DNA from: an uncultured Clostridia bacterium
GTDB lineage: Bacteria; Bacillota; Clostridia; Peptostreptococcales; Anaerovoracaceae
Assembly (NCBI GenBank): GCA_945828095.1
Contig: CALZOZ010000001.1
Coordinates: forward strand, 4,652-68,651
DNA length: 64,000 bases
Reading direction: 5' to 3'
Positions 27,371-36,682 of this stretch are shown here, piece by piece (position 1 is the first letter of the stretch; every line of letters starts with the position of its first letter). The notes beneath the pieces were generated by a model, which searched no databases, was not told where the DNA came from, and worked only from the letters and a program-made list of their open reading frames with translations. Made by a program: the position numbers and the translations under genes.

Positions 27371-27688
27371 ATTGGTTCAAAAGTCCCTTTTTTCAACGGA
27401 TAAGCCCTCACGCGGACGCAAAATACTTGATAGAAAAAATACAATTTAATAATTATTCACGATAAAGTGGTAAAACTTTAGTGTGATAAACCGCAGAAAC
27501 AACCCTTCGCCAAATGAAAAAAATTTATGAAAAAAACCTCGAAAAGTGCAGAAATTAGCAAACTATAAACAAAAAAGACTAGCATAACAGGCAAAAAAAG
27601 TTTATAATATTATGTAAAGAAAAATGGTATGTAAAGCTGTATAATTATGCAATACAGTGAATATTAATAATGAAATGGAGAGAAGAAA

Positions 27689-29230
27689 ATGGCAGTAATT
27701 ATTAATGGACGCGACCTGACAGTCGAACAGGTTATTGCGGTATGTCGTCATCACGAAAAGGTTGAGATTGCTCCTGAAGCAGTTGAGGCCGTAAAGAAGG
27801 CGAGAGCTTACGTAGAAAAGAAAGTTGCAGATAAGGCTGTAGTATACGGTCTTACTACAGGCTTTGGTAAGTTTGCAAATGTTTCTATTTCCACAGAGGA
27901 AACAGCACAGCTTCAGAAGAACCTTATTATGTCACACACTTGTGCCCTCGGAAAGCCTTATGAGCAGAAATATGTAAGAGCGGCAATGCTTCTCAGAGCA
28001 AACTCTTTATCAAGAGGAAATTCAGGCATCAGACTTGAAACTCTGCAGACCCTTGTTGACATGCTTAACAAAGGAATTCACCCTATTGTTCCTGAAAAAG
28101 GTTCCGTTGGTGCATCCGGCGACTTAGCCCCTCTTTCATGTATTGCATTAGGTCTTATCGGAATGGGTAAGGTTGAATATAAAGGAGAAGTTGTAGACGC
28201 TCAGGAGGCCTTCGATGCAGCAGGGCTTAAGCCTGTAGTGCTGGCTTCCAAAGAAGGTCTTGCACTTAACAACGGAACTCAGATGCTTACAGCTGTAGGT
28301 CTCAACACATTATACGATGCTATGAATCTGATGAAGATCGCTGACATTGCAGGCGCAATGACAGGTGAAGCCCTTCACGCTATCGCTAAAGCATATGACC
28401 CTAAGACTCACGAATTGAGAGGACATAAGGGACAGATTGATGTGGCAGAAAACATGAGAAACCTTCTTGCAGGTTCAAAGAATGCACTTCCGCTTCACCC
28501 TACAAAGGTTCAGGACCCATATTCACAGAGATGTCTGCCGCAGATTCACGGTGCATCAAGAGACGCTATCAATTATGTTTATGAAGTTGTTTCAAGAGAA
28601 ATCAATGCTGTAACAGACAACCCTATCGTATTCCCTGACCACGATGAAGTAATTTCAGGCGGCAACTTCCACGGACAGCCGATGGCACTTGCTTTTGACT
28701 TCCTGAAGATAGCTATTTCAGAATTAGCAAACGTATCCGAGAGAAGACAGGAAAGACTGGTTAACCCTGCACTTTCCGAAGGACTTCCTGCATTCCTGGT
28801 TAAGAACGGCGGATTAAACTCCGGCTACATGATTGCTCAGTATGCTTCAGCATCAATGGTATCCGAGAACAAGGTTTATGACCACCCTGCATGTGTAGAC
28901 TCAATTCCTACATCAGCAAACCAGGAAGACCACGTATCCATGGGTTCAACTTCCGCAAGAACTGCTGCAATGGTACTGGATAACGCACAGAAGGTTATCG
29001 GTATTGAGCTTTCCACAGCAGCTCAGGCAATCTGGCTCCGTCAGGAAATGGGCGAACACGGAATTGACAATCTTGCACCGGCTACAAGAGCAGCTTACGA
29101 TTTCATCCGTGAGACAATTCCGCCTGTAGAGGAAGACATCATCATGCACGACCAGCTGCAGAAGTTCGATGAAATGGTTAAGGACAATTCAATTCTCGAA
29201 GCAGTAGAAAAAGTAGTAAAGTTAAAATAA
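27689..29230 (+). CDS. hutH: histidine ammonia-lyase
   Basis: GASGDLAPL (MIO-forming ASG triad); 513 aa. Confidence 0.95.
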   Translation: MAVIINGRDLTVEQVIAVCRHHEKVEIAPEAVEAVKKARAYVEKKVADKAVVYGLTTGFGKFANVSISTEETAQLQKNLIMSHTCALGKPYEQKYVRAAMLLRANSLSRGNSGIRLETLQTLVDMLNKGIHPIVPEKGSVGASGDLAPLSCIALGLIGMGKVEYKGEVVDAQEAFDAAGLKPVVLASKEGLALNNGTQMLTAVGLNTLYDAMNLMKIADIAGAMTGEALHAIAKAYDPKTHELRGHKGQIDVAENMRNLLAGSKNALPLHPTKVQDPYSQRCLPQIHGASRDAINYVYEVVSREINAVTDNPIVFPDHDEVISGGNFHGQPMALAFDFLKIAISELANVSERRQERLVNPALSEGLPAFLVKNGGLNSGYMIAQYASASMVSENKVYDHPACVDSIPTSANQEDHVSMGSTSARTAAMVLDNAQKVIGIELSTAAQAIWLRQEMGEHGIDNLAPATRAAYDFIRETIPPVEEDIIMHDQLQKFDEMVKDNSILEAVEKVVKLK

Positions 29231-29245
29231 GGAGGCACATTTACA

Positions 29246-31270
29246 ATGCTGGACAACAACACAATCAAAGGGGCAATGACCATTCAGCTGGGAGCTGAAT
29301 ATCCTGATTACCCTAAGTTTGAAGAAGATAAGAGAAGAGCACCGGACAGAGGATTCAGACTGACCAAGGCTCAGACTAAGATTGCTCTTAAGAACGCTTT
29401 AAGATATGTACCTGAAGAACTCCACGAAAAGCTGGCTCCTGAATTCATGGAAGAGCTTACAACACGCGGCAGAATCTATGCTTACAGATACAGACCTGAA
29501 GGCAGAATCTACGGTAAGCCGATTAACGAATATAAGGGCAAATGCCTGGCAGGCAAGGCTTTCCAGGTAATGATGGATAACAACCTTGACTTCGAGGTTG
29601 CTCTTTACCCATACGAACTGGTTACATACGGCGAAACAGGACAGGTTTGCCAGAACTGGCTTCAGTACAGACTTATCAAGAAGTATCTTGAAGAGCTTAC
29701 AGAAGATCAGACTCTGGTAGTAGAATCAGGACATCCTCTTGGATTATTCCCTTCCAAGCCGACAGCACCGAGAGTAATCATCACAAACTCCATGATGATC
29801 GGTATGTACGACAACCTTGACGACTGGGAAGTTGCTGAGGAAATGGGTGTAGCCAACTACGGACAGATGACTGCAGGCGGCTGGATGTACATAGGACCTC
29901 AGGGAATCGTTCACGGTACTTTCAATACAATCCTCAACGCAGGCAGAAAGGAACTGGGAGTTCCTGAAGACGGCGACCTGGCAGGATACGTATTCGTATC
30001 ATCAGGCCTGGGCGGTATGAGCGGTGCTCAGCCTAAGGCTGCAAACATCGCCAATGCTGTAGGTATTTTCGCTGAGGTAGACTACTCAAGAATCAAGACA
30101 AGACATGATCAGGGCTGGGTAGATGTAGTTCTCGATGACCTGGACGAAATCTTCAAGCTGGCAGAGGAAAAGAAGGCAGCTAAGGAAAGCATCTCCATCG
30201 CTTACCACGGCAACATCGTAGACCTTCTTGAAGCTGCAGTTGCAAAGGATTTCCATATCGATCTCCTTTCCGACCAGACTTCATGCCACAACGTATATAA
30301 CGGCGGATACTGCCCTGTAGGATTAACCTTCGAAGAAAGAACAGAGCTTCTTCACGAAGACAGAGATCTCTTCTGCAAGAAGGTAGACGAGACACTTCAC
30401 AGACATTATCACGCAATCAAGGCGTTAACAGCTAAGGGAACATACTTCTTTGACTACGGCAACTCCTTCATGAAGGCTATGTATGACGCAGGCATCAAGG
30501 AAATTTCCAAGAACGGATACGACGATAAGGACGGATTCATCTGGCCTTCATACGTTGAAGACATCATGGGACCTGTACTCTTTGACTACGGATACGGACC
30601 ATTCAGATGGGTATGCTTATCAGGAAAGCCTGAAGACCTTGACGCTACTGACCAGGCTGCTATGGACTGCATCGACCCTAACAGAAGAGCTCAGGACAGA
30701 GACAACTGGGTATGGATCAGAGACGCTAAGAAGAACAAGCTGGTAGTAGGAACTCAGGCAAGAATCCTTTATCAGGATGCAGAAGGCAGAACAAGAATCG
30801 CTCTTAAGTTCAACGAAATGGTAAGAGAAGGCAAGATCGGTCCTGTAATGATGGGTCGTGACCACCACGACGTATCCGGTACAGACTCACCGTTCAGAGA
30901 AACCTCCAACATCAAGGACGGTTCCAATGTAATGGCTGACATGGCTGTTCAGTGCTTCGCCGGAAACGCAGCAAGAGGAATGTCCCTCTGCGCACTCCAC
31001 AACGGTGGCGGTGTAGGTATCGGCAAGGCTATCAACGGCGGTTTCGGACTCCTTCTTGACGGCAGCGAAAGAACCGATGAAATCATCAAGTCCGCAATGA
31101 TGTGGGACGTAATGGGCGGCGTTGCCAGAAGAAACTGGGCAAGAAACGAAAACGCTCTTTCAACTTCTGTTGAGTACAACAAGAACTACGCAGGAAAGGG
31201 TCACATCACCATTCCGTTTATCGCATCAGACGACTTAGTTGACAAGACAGTAGACAAATTTGTAAAATAA
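29246..31270 (+). CDS. hutU: urocanate hydratase (long form)
   Basis: GLGGMSGAQPKA NAD-binding loop; 674 aa; urocanase signatures (TYGETGQV, GGGVGIG). Confidence 0.95.
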   Translation: MLDNNTIKGAMTIQLGAEYPDYPKFEEDKRRAPDRGFRLTKAQTKIALKNALRYVPEELHEKLAPEFMEELTTRGRIYAYRYRPEGRIYGKPINEYKGKCLAGKAFQVMMDNNLDFEVALYPYELVTYGETGQVCQNWLQYRLIKKYLEELTEDQTLVVESGHPLGLFPSKPTAPRVIITNSMMIGMYDNLDDWEVAEEMGVANYGQMTAGGWMYIGPQGIVHGTFNTILNAGRKELGVPEDGDLAGYVFVSSGLGGMSGAQPKAANIANAVGIFAEVDYSRIKTRHDQGWVDVVLDDLDEIFKLAEEKKAAKESISIAYHGNIVDLLEAAVAKDFHIDLLSDQTSCHNVYNGGYCPVGLTFEERTELLHEDRDLFCKKVDETLHRHYHAIKALTAKGTYFFDYGNSFMKAMYDAGIKEISKNGYDDKDGFIWPSYVEDIMGPVLFDYGYGPFRWVCLSGKPEDLDATDQAAMDCIDPNRRAQDRDNWVWIRDAKKNKLVVGTQARILYQDAEGRTRIALKFNEMVREGKIGPVMMGRDHHDVSGTDSPFRETSNIKDGSNVMADMAVQCFAGNAARGMSLCALHNGGGVGIGKAINGGFGLLLDGSERTDEIIKSAMMWDVMGGVARRNWARNENALSTSVEYNKNYAGKGHITIPFIASDDLVDKTVDKFVK

Positions 31271-31285
31271 TATGAAATGAAGGCG

Positions 31286-31316
31286 CAGGCTGCTGACCGA
31301 AAGAGGCAGCAGCCTG
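31286..31316 (+). terminator. intra-operon hairpin between hutU and hutI
   Basis: Perfect 10-bp stem CAGGCTGCTG/CAGCAGCCTG. Weak U-tract (TAATTTTA), so it may be an attenuator or stabiliser rather than a full terminator. Confidence 0.35.
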
Positions 31317-31370
31317 TAATTTTACAGTCTTCCGGCGGTAGGGCGGAGGACATGAAAAAGGAAAGAAAAT

Positions 31371-32609
31371 ATGGCAACTTTACTTGTAAAAAATATAGGA
31401 ACCCTGCAGACTCCCGTAGGAAGCTATGCGCACAAGGGCAAGGAGCAGGGCGAAAACCTCAAACTGCACAATGCAGCAATTCTGGCAGAGGACGGCATAA
31501 TCAAGGCGATCACTTCCGACGGCCAGCTGCCTTGCAGCGAGGAGGAGGCCGATTCCGTCATCGATGCAGAGGGCAATCTGGTAACACCGGGACTTGTGGA
31601 AGGACATACCCACATGATTTTCGGCGGCTACAGACAGAATGAAATCCCTCTCAAGCTGAAGGGTGCAGGCTATCTTGATATCCTTAGAGCAGGCGGCGGC
31701 ATCATGGATACCGTAAGAAAGACCAGAGAGGCCACTTCCGAGGAGCTTTATGAAAAGACAGAAGGCTTCCTCGACGAAATGATGAGCCTTGGTGTAACTA
31801 CATGCGAGGCCAAGAGCGGATACGGCATAAACCTTGAAACAGAGGTTAAGATGCTGGAAGTGCTCAAGAAACTCAACGAGGATCACCCTATGGACATCGT
31901 TTCCACCTTCATGCCGGCTCACGTTGTAGAAGAGCAGTGGAAGGGCAGAGAAGCAGAATTCATCAAGCTTTGCTGCGATGAATGGATGCCTTATGTTAAA
32001 GAAAGAGATCTGGCAGAGTTTATAGATATCTTCACAGAGGATTCTGTTTTCAATGCAGAAGAAAGCAAAATCTATCTGGAAAGAGCAAGAGAGCTGGGAT
32101 ATGGCCTTAAGATTCACGCAGATGAAATCGAGGCTATCGGAGGTTCCGTCCTGGCAGGCGAGATGAAAGCCACATCAGCAGAGCATCTTATCGTAATCGA
32201 TGATGCCGGAATGGCTTCCCTTGCAAAGGGCGGCACAGTGGCAATGCTCCTTCCTGCAACATCCTTCTATCTGGGAGCAACCTTTGCACCGGCAAGAAGA
32301 ATGATAGACGAGTTCGGAGTACCTGTTGCAATGGCATCAGACTTCAATCCGGGCTCATGTCCGTCCCTGAACCTGCAGTTCGTAATGAATCTGGGATATC
32401 TGAAGTACAGAATGACACCGGAGGAAATTCTTACAGCTGTAACAATCAATCCGGCAGCAGGAATCAACAGAGAGAAAACAGTTGGAACTCTCGAAGTAGG
32501 CAAGCAGGCTGACATGGTAATCTGGAATGCACCGAACATGGAAATGCTTTGCTACCGTTTTGGCTCCAACCTTGCATTACAGACCATAAAGAAAGGAATT
32601 TTAGTGTAA
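31371..32609 (+). CDS. hutI: imidazolonepropionase
   Basis: Amidohydrolase HTH motif (VEGHTHMIFGG), KIHADE, and DFNPGS near the C-terminus. Confidence 0.95.
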   Translation: MATLLVKNIGTLQTPVGSYAHKGKEQGENLKLHNAAILAEDGIIKAITSDGQLPCSEEEADSVIDAEGNLVTPGLVEGHTHMIFGGYRQNEIPLKLKGAGYLDILRAGGGIMDTVRKTREATSEELYEKTEGFLDEMMSLGVTTCEAKSGYGINLETEVKMLEVLKKLNEDHPMDIVSTFMPAHVVEEQWKGREAEFIKLCCDEWMPYVKERDLAEFIDIFTEDSVFNAEESKIYLERARELGYGLKIHADEIEAIGGSVLAGEMKATSAEHLIVIDDAGMASLAKGGTVAMLLPATSFYLGATFAPARRMIDEFGVPVAMASDFNPGSCPSLNLQFVMNLGYLKYRMTPEEILTAVTINPAAGINREKTVGTLEVGKQADMVIWNAPNMEMLCYRFGSNLALQTIKKGILV

Positions 32610-32610
32610 T

Positions 32611-33234
32611 ATGAAATTAGTAGATATGACCGTAAAGGACTATTTAGACCTTCTTAAATCAGACGCACCGGCACCGGGCGGCGGATCCGTAAGCGCTTTA
32701 TCGGCAGCACAGGGTGTTGGCCTTGTAGCCATGGTAGCAGACCTTACAATCGGCAGAGAAAAATATGCTGAATACGAAGAAGTCTGCAAGGCAGCCAAGG
32801 AAGGAGCTCTTAAACTTTATGAAGAGCTGGTTGCAGGAATCGATAAGGATACAGAGGCTTTCAACAAGGTTTCTGCAGCGTACAAGCTTCCTAAGAATAC
32901 CGACGAGGAAAAGGCCGCAAGATCAGCTGCTATCAGAGAAGCCAACGTCGGCGCAACAGAAGTTCCTTTTGAAACTGTAAAGCTTTGCCTCGAAGGACTT
33001 AAGATTACTGAAACCATGGTAGGAAAGTCAAATCCTAATGCGGCATCCGACCTTGGAGTTGCAGCACTGAATCTGCTTTCAGGAATCAGAGGAGCATGGC
33101 TTAATGTGAAGATTAACCTTCCGGGAATCAAGGACGAAGCATTAAAGGCAGAGTTTGAGAGCGGCGAGGCAATGGTTGACGAAGCGTATGTTATTTCAAA
33201 GAGAATTTATGAAGAAGTTTTAGCTTCATTATAA
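32611..33234 (+). CDS. formimidoyltetrahydrofolate cyclodeaminase domain protein
   Basis: APAPGGGSVSALSAAQGVGLVAMV, typical of the FTCD C-terminal (cyclodeaminase) family. Confidence 0.85.
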   Translation: MKLVDMTVKDYLDLLKSDAPAPGGGSVSALSAAQGVGLVAMVADLTIGREKYAEYEEVCKAAKEGALKLYEELVAGIDKDTEAFNKVSAAYKLPKNTDEEKAARSAAIREANVGATEVPFETVKLCLEGLKITETMVGKSNPNAASDLGVAALNLLSGIRGAWLNVKINLPGIKDEALKAEFESGEAMVDEAYVISKRIYEEVLASL

Positions 33235-33261
33235 TAGGTAATATTACGGAGGAAAATTAAA

Positions 33262-34158
33262 ATGGCACAGATTATCGAAAGTATCCCTAATATTTCAGAG
33301 GGAAAAAATCAGGAAGTTATAGAGGCAGTTGTAGATCAGATCAGAACTACGCCGGGCTGCACACTTTTAAACTATTCATCAGACCCTAACCACAACAGAA
33401 CCGTAATCACATATATCGGAGATGCTAAGGGCGTTGAAGAAGCAAGCGTTAAGCTGGCTAAGAAGGCTGTAGAGCTTATTGACCTTAACAAGCACACAGG
33501 CGAACACCCTAGAATGGGCGCTGTTGACGTAATGCCTTTCGTACCTATTAAGGATGCAACCAATGAAGAATGTATCGAACTTTCACAGGTGGTAGGAAAG
33601 AGAATTGCAGAAGAAGCAGACCTGCCTGTTTTCCTCTATGAAATGTCAGCAACCAAGCCTGCAAGAAAGAACCTGGCAACCATCAGAAAGGGCCAGTTCG
33701 AAGGCATGGCAGAAAAGGTTAAGGATCCTGAATGGGAACCTGATTTCGGCGGAGCCAGAATCAATCCGACCGGCGGAGTGGTTGCAGTAGGAGCAAGACC
33801 TCCACTGGTAGCATACAACCTGAACCTTGACACTTCAGATGTTCAGATTGCTAAGAACATTGCTAAGATCATCAGAGAAAAGGACGGCGGTTTAAACTGC
33901 GTTAAGGCTATGGGCTTCATGCTTGAGGACAGAAATATCGCTCAGGTTTCCATCAACATGACAGACTACAGAGTAACACCGCTTTACAGAGTAACTGAAC
34001 TGGTTAAGGCTGAAGCAAGAAGATACGGAGTGCGCGTAACAGGCACAGAGGTTATCGGTCTTTGCCCTATGAAGGCTTTAATCGACTCTGCAGAATATTA
34101 TCTTCAGATTGAAGACTTTGATTTTGATGCCCAGGTATTGGAAAACTACATTTTATAG
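33262..34158 (+). CDS. ftcD: glutamate formimidoyltransferase
   Basis: IESIPNISEGKN...HPRMGAVDVMPFVP signature. Confidence 0.9.
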   Translation: MAQIIESIPNISEGKNQEVIEAVVDQIRTTPGCTLLNYSSDPNHNRTVITYIGDAKGVEEASVKLAKKAVELIDLNKHTGEHPRMGAVDVMPFVPIKDATNEECIELSQVVGKRIAEEADLPVFLYEMSATKPARKNLATIRKGQFEGMAEKVKDPEWEPDFGGARINPTGGVVAVGARPPLVAYNLNLDTSDVQIAKNIAKIIREKDGGLNCVKAMGFMLEDRNIAQVSINMTDYRVTPLYRVTELVKAEARRYGVRVTGTEVIGLCPMKALIDSAEYYLQIEDFDFDAQVLENYIL

Positions 34159-34226
34159 TGTATAATACGGGGTGTATACGGCTGTACATGCGCAGCAACT
34201 ATAGTTATTTTTCAGGAGTGTAAATA

Positions 34227-34895
34227 ATGTCGACAAACAGCAAGAACTTTTCCAATTCATTTTCACTTACAGACGAAATTGCGGATGTAGTAAGAGAGAG
34301 AATATTAAAGGGCGAGTATGAGATAGGGGAGAAAATCAAGGAAAACCAGATAGCTACAGAGTTAAAGGTCAGCAGGACCCCTATAAGGGAGGCATTTAAG
34401 CTTTTGGAAAACGAGGGTCTCATAGACTACATTCCTAACAGAGGATGCTTTGCAAAGGGCTTCACCAAGCAGGATGTGGATGATATCTACGCAGTAAGGG
34501 AGGCTTTGGAGGAGCTTGCCGTAAGGTGGGCTGTTGCCAGAATTACCGAGCCGGAACTGCTTGCACTGGAAGAGCAGGTTGACCTGATGGAGTTTTATAC
34601 TAAAAAGAAGGACAAAAAGAAGGTCCTGGAGCTGAACACCTCTTTCCACGAGGTAATATACGCTTCCGCAAGAAGCCGTTTCCTGGCACAGGTTCTTCGC
34701 TCATATAAGGAGTACATAGAAAAAACCAGAAAATCAATATTCTATGAGCAGTCCTACTTAGAGGGAATTCTCAGCGAACACAGGGCAATCTTTGAGGCTA
34801 TTAAAGACAGGGATGAAGAAAGAGTTGTAGAGGCGATTTCAAAGCACCTTGAAGCCTCACAGGAAAGAGCATTTGCAGTCTGGAATTTGAAATAG
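34227..34895 (+). CDS. GntR-family regulator (FadR/FCD subfamily)
   Basis: ENQIATELKVSRTPIREAFKLLENEGLI wHTH; helical FCD-like C-terminus. Confidence 0.85.
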   Translation: MSTNSKNFSNSFSLTDEIADVVRERILKGEYEIGEKIKENQIATELKVSRTPIREAFKLLENEGLIDYIPNRGCFAKGFTKQDVDDIYAVREALEELAVRWAVARITEPELLALEEQVDLMEFYTKKKDKKKVLELNTSFHEVIYASARSRFLAQVLRSYKEYIEKTRKSIFYEQSYLEGILSEHRAIFEAIKDRDEERVVEAISKHLEASQERAFAVWNLK

Positions 34896-34934
34896 ACTGC
34901 GAGGGCGGTTTGAGATAATCAGGGGAGACAAATA

Positions 34935-35672
34935 ATGAAAGAATTAAAGAAACACAGAGGCAGACTTTTTTTGCGAATAATCGGAATCGCAGTTTGTCTT
35001 GCTGTGTTTCTTTTTTCATTGTTTAATGTGATTTCTATAATTCAGAACTATCGTGAAATTGATAAAACATACGACGAAGCGGCCGGACAATTTACGGAGA
35101 TTCCCTCGCAGACATCAGAGGAAGAGTCAGGTGGCATAGGGGTGCCCGAGGTGGATTTTGATGCCCTGCTTCAGGTTAACAATGATGTAATAGGCTGGAT
35201 ATATATAGAGGGCACAGACATCAGTTACCCTCTGCTTTGCGGCCGTGACAATCAGCAGTACCTCTTTCAGTCCTACGAAAAGAAGTATTTGACGGCAGGC
35301 AGTATCTTTATCGACTACAGATGCAGCCGGGACTTTACCGACAGCCGCATGGTGGTTTACGGACATAACATGCATAACGGAAGTATGTTCGGGAAGCTTG
35401 ACAAGTTCACCAAGGAAAGCTACATGAAAAAGCATCCTTATGTATATATTCTCCTGCCCGGCGGTGAAACGCTCAAATATGAGGTGAAGAAGACATATAA
35501 GGCAGACATTGAGGGTGAAGTTTACAAACTGCCTTCCGGTGAAGCTAAAGATTCTGAAGACAGGAAACTTTACCTTTCCACCTGCACCGAGGACAGCAGC
35601 GATACCCAAAGGTTTGTGGTGGAATGCGATTTTGCTGAATCAGAGGCTGAATCAAGGTCAGAGAAGCAGTAA
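34935..35672 (+). CDS. srtB: class B sortase
   Basis: N-terminal TM; VIGWIYIEGTDISYPL, VVYGHNM and LSTC (catalytic TLxTC-like) motifs. Confidence 0.8.
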   Translation: MKELKKHRGRLFLRIIGIAVCLAVFLFSLFNVISIIQNYREIDKTYDEAAGQFTEIPSQTSEEESGGIGVPEVDFDALLQVNNDVIGWIYIEGTDISYPLLCGRDNQQYLFQSYEKKYLTAGSIFIDYRCSRDFTDSRMVVYGHNMHNGSMFGKLDKFTKESYMKKHPYVYILLPGGETLKYEVKKTYKADIEGEVYKLPSGEAKDSEDRKLYLSTCTEDSSDTQRFVVECDFAESEAESRSEKQ

Positions 35673-35690
35673 TGAAAAAAGGAGATATTT

Positions 35691-35879
35691 ATGAAAAAGA
35701 TCTGGAAGACAATGCAGCCGTGGTTTTTGTATTTTTTAATGTATGCCATCGTGGGATGGGCTTACGAGGTGTTTCTTGAGGTAGTAGTTTACCAGTGGGG
35801 ATACTCAGATCGCGGTGTTTTGTTCGGACCATATTGTCCGGTATATGGGGTAGGCAGCTATCGGCTTTTTCAGATATAA
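35691..35879 (+). pseudogene. 5' fragment (62 codons) of a CmpB-like putative ABC-transporter membrane protein (PF06541-like)
   Basis: FLYFLMYAIVGWAYEVFLE...RGVLFGPYCPVYGVGS matches the N-terminus of a family I recall as roughly 200 aa. The reading frame ends abruptly where the AT-rich island begins. Confidence 0.5.
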
Positions 35880-35900
35880 TTAGAACTTTTATCCATAAAA

Positions 35901-35972
35901 ACGACCACTTAGAACAAAAAACGACCACTCAGAACATTGCGCTTGTAATCAGGCGCAATTTGTGTTTATACT
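35901..35972 (+). promoter_or_regulatory. direct-repeat box (ACGACCACTYAGAACA x2, 20-bp period) plus TATACT
   Basis: Repeats at 35901..35916 and 35921..35936; TATACT at 35967..35972, 30 nt after repeat 2. Lies immediately upstream of the LytTR regulator gene. Confidence 0.55.
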
Positions 35973-35977
35973 AAGGT

Positions 35978-36682
35978 ATGAAGATTTATATTTGTGATGA
36001 CATGATTGAAATAGTGGAAGCCGTAAAGGCAGAATGTGAGCATTACCTCCAGGCTAAAAATATGGAAGCCGAGGTAGCGGGTGATGTGTTCTTTCCTGAC
36101 GAGCTTGAGGAAGAGGACAAGCGGCCTGATATACTGCTCCTTGATATTGACATGCCAACAAGCAGCGGCATAGAGATAAAAGACCGCATGGAAAAGTATG
36201 AGGACGGACCGTTTATAATATTCATCACCAGCCATGACGAGATGGTTTACGAGGCTTTCGGTAAGAATGTCATAGGCTTCCTTAGAAAACCTGTGGACAG
36301 GGTGCTCTTTGAAAAGGTCATGGACAAGGCGGTGGATTTTTACGAGAGCCGTTTTCTCAGCGTGCAGCTTCCGGGAGGGATTGAGCTGATGTGCCGCGAT
36401 ATTATAGGAATCAAGTCGGAGCATGTGTACAGCACCATAGTGCTGGCTGACGGTGAGCTGAGTATAAGGCGAAGCCTCAAGGAATGGGAGACGCTGCTTC
36501 CGGAGAAGGACTTTCTCAGGATCAATGAGAAGTGGATAATCCACTATGCTTATGTGGATAAGATAAAAGACGATAAGGTAACGCTTAAGAACGGAGAAAG
36601 GCTGGCGGTGAGCCGCAGAAGGAAGCTGCAGCTTCGGGACGGCTACATATCGTATTGTTTGCGAAAGGGAAGGTATAGATGA
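35978..36682 (+). CDS. LytTR-family response regulator
   Basis: MKIYICDD...ILLLDIDMP receiver domain; LytTR C-terminus (FLRINEKWIIHYAYVDKI). Confidence 0.9.
   Translation: MKIYICDDMIEIVEAVKAECEHYLQAKNMEAEVAGDVFFPDELEEEDKRPDILLLDIDMPTSSGIEIKDRMEKYEDGPFIIFITSHDEMVYEAFGKNVIGFLRKPVDRVLFEKVMDKAVDFYESRFLSVQLPGGIELMCRDIIGIKSEHVYSTIVLADGELSIRRSLKEWETLLPEKDFLRINEKWIIHYAYVDKIKDDKVTLKNGERLAVSRRRKLQLRDGYISYCLRKGRYR

Noticed and set aside
31277-32117. ORFs 31277..31642 (+) and 31380..32117 (-) overlapping hutI
   Set aside because: Arg/Gly-rich or otherwise motif-less alternative-frame products of the clearly coding hutI region and its upstream hairpin. hutI has the expected amidohydrolase motifs.
34159-34226. 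TGTATA/TGTACA-rich stretch upstream of the GntR gene as an operator
   Set aside because: It contains several TGTA(T)AC-like strings (TGTATAATAC, TGTATACGGCTGTACA), but I could not define a clean inverted repeat of the GT-N-AC type. Too weak to report as a site.
34935-35672. Searched for class B sortase substrates nearby
   Set aside because: None of the neighbouring secreted proteins (GLUG protein, transglutaminase-like protein, island cargo) ends with an NPxTG/LPxTG-like signal plus hydrophobic tail. No substrate link can be claimed.
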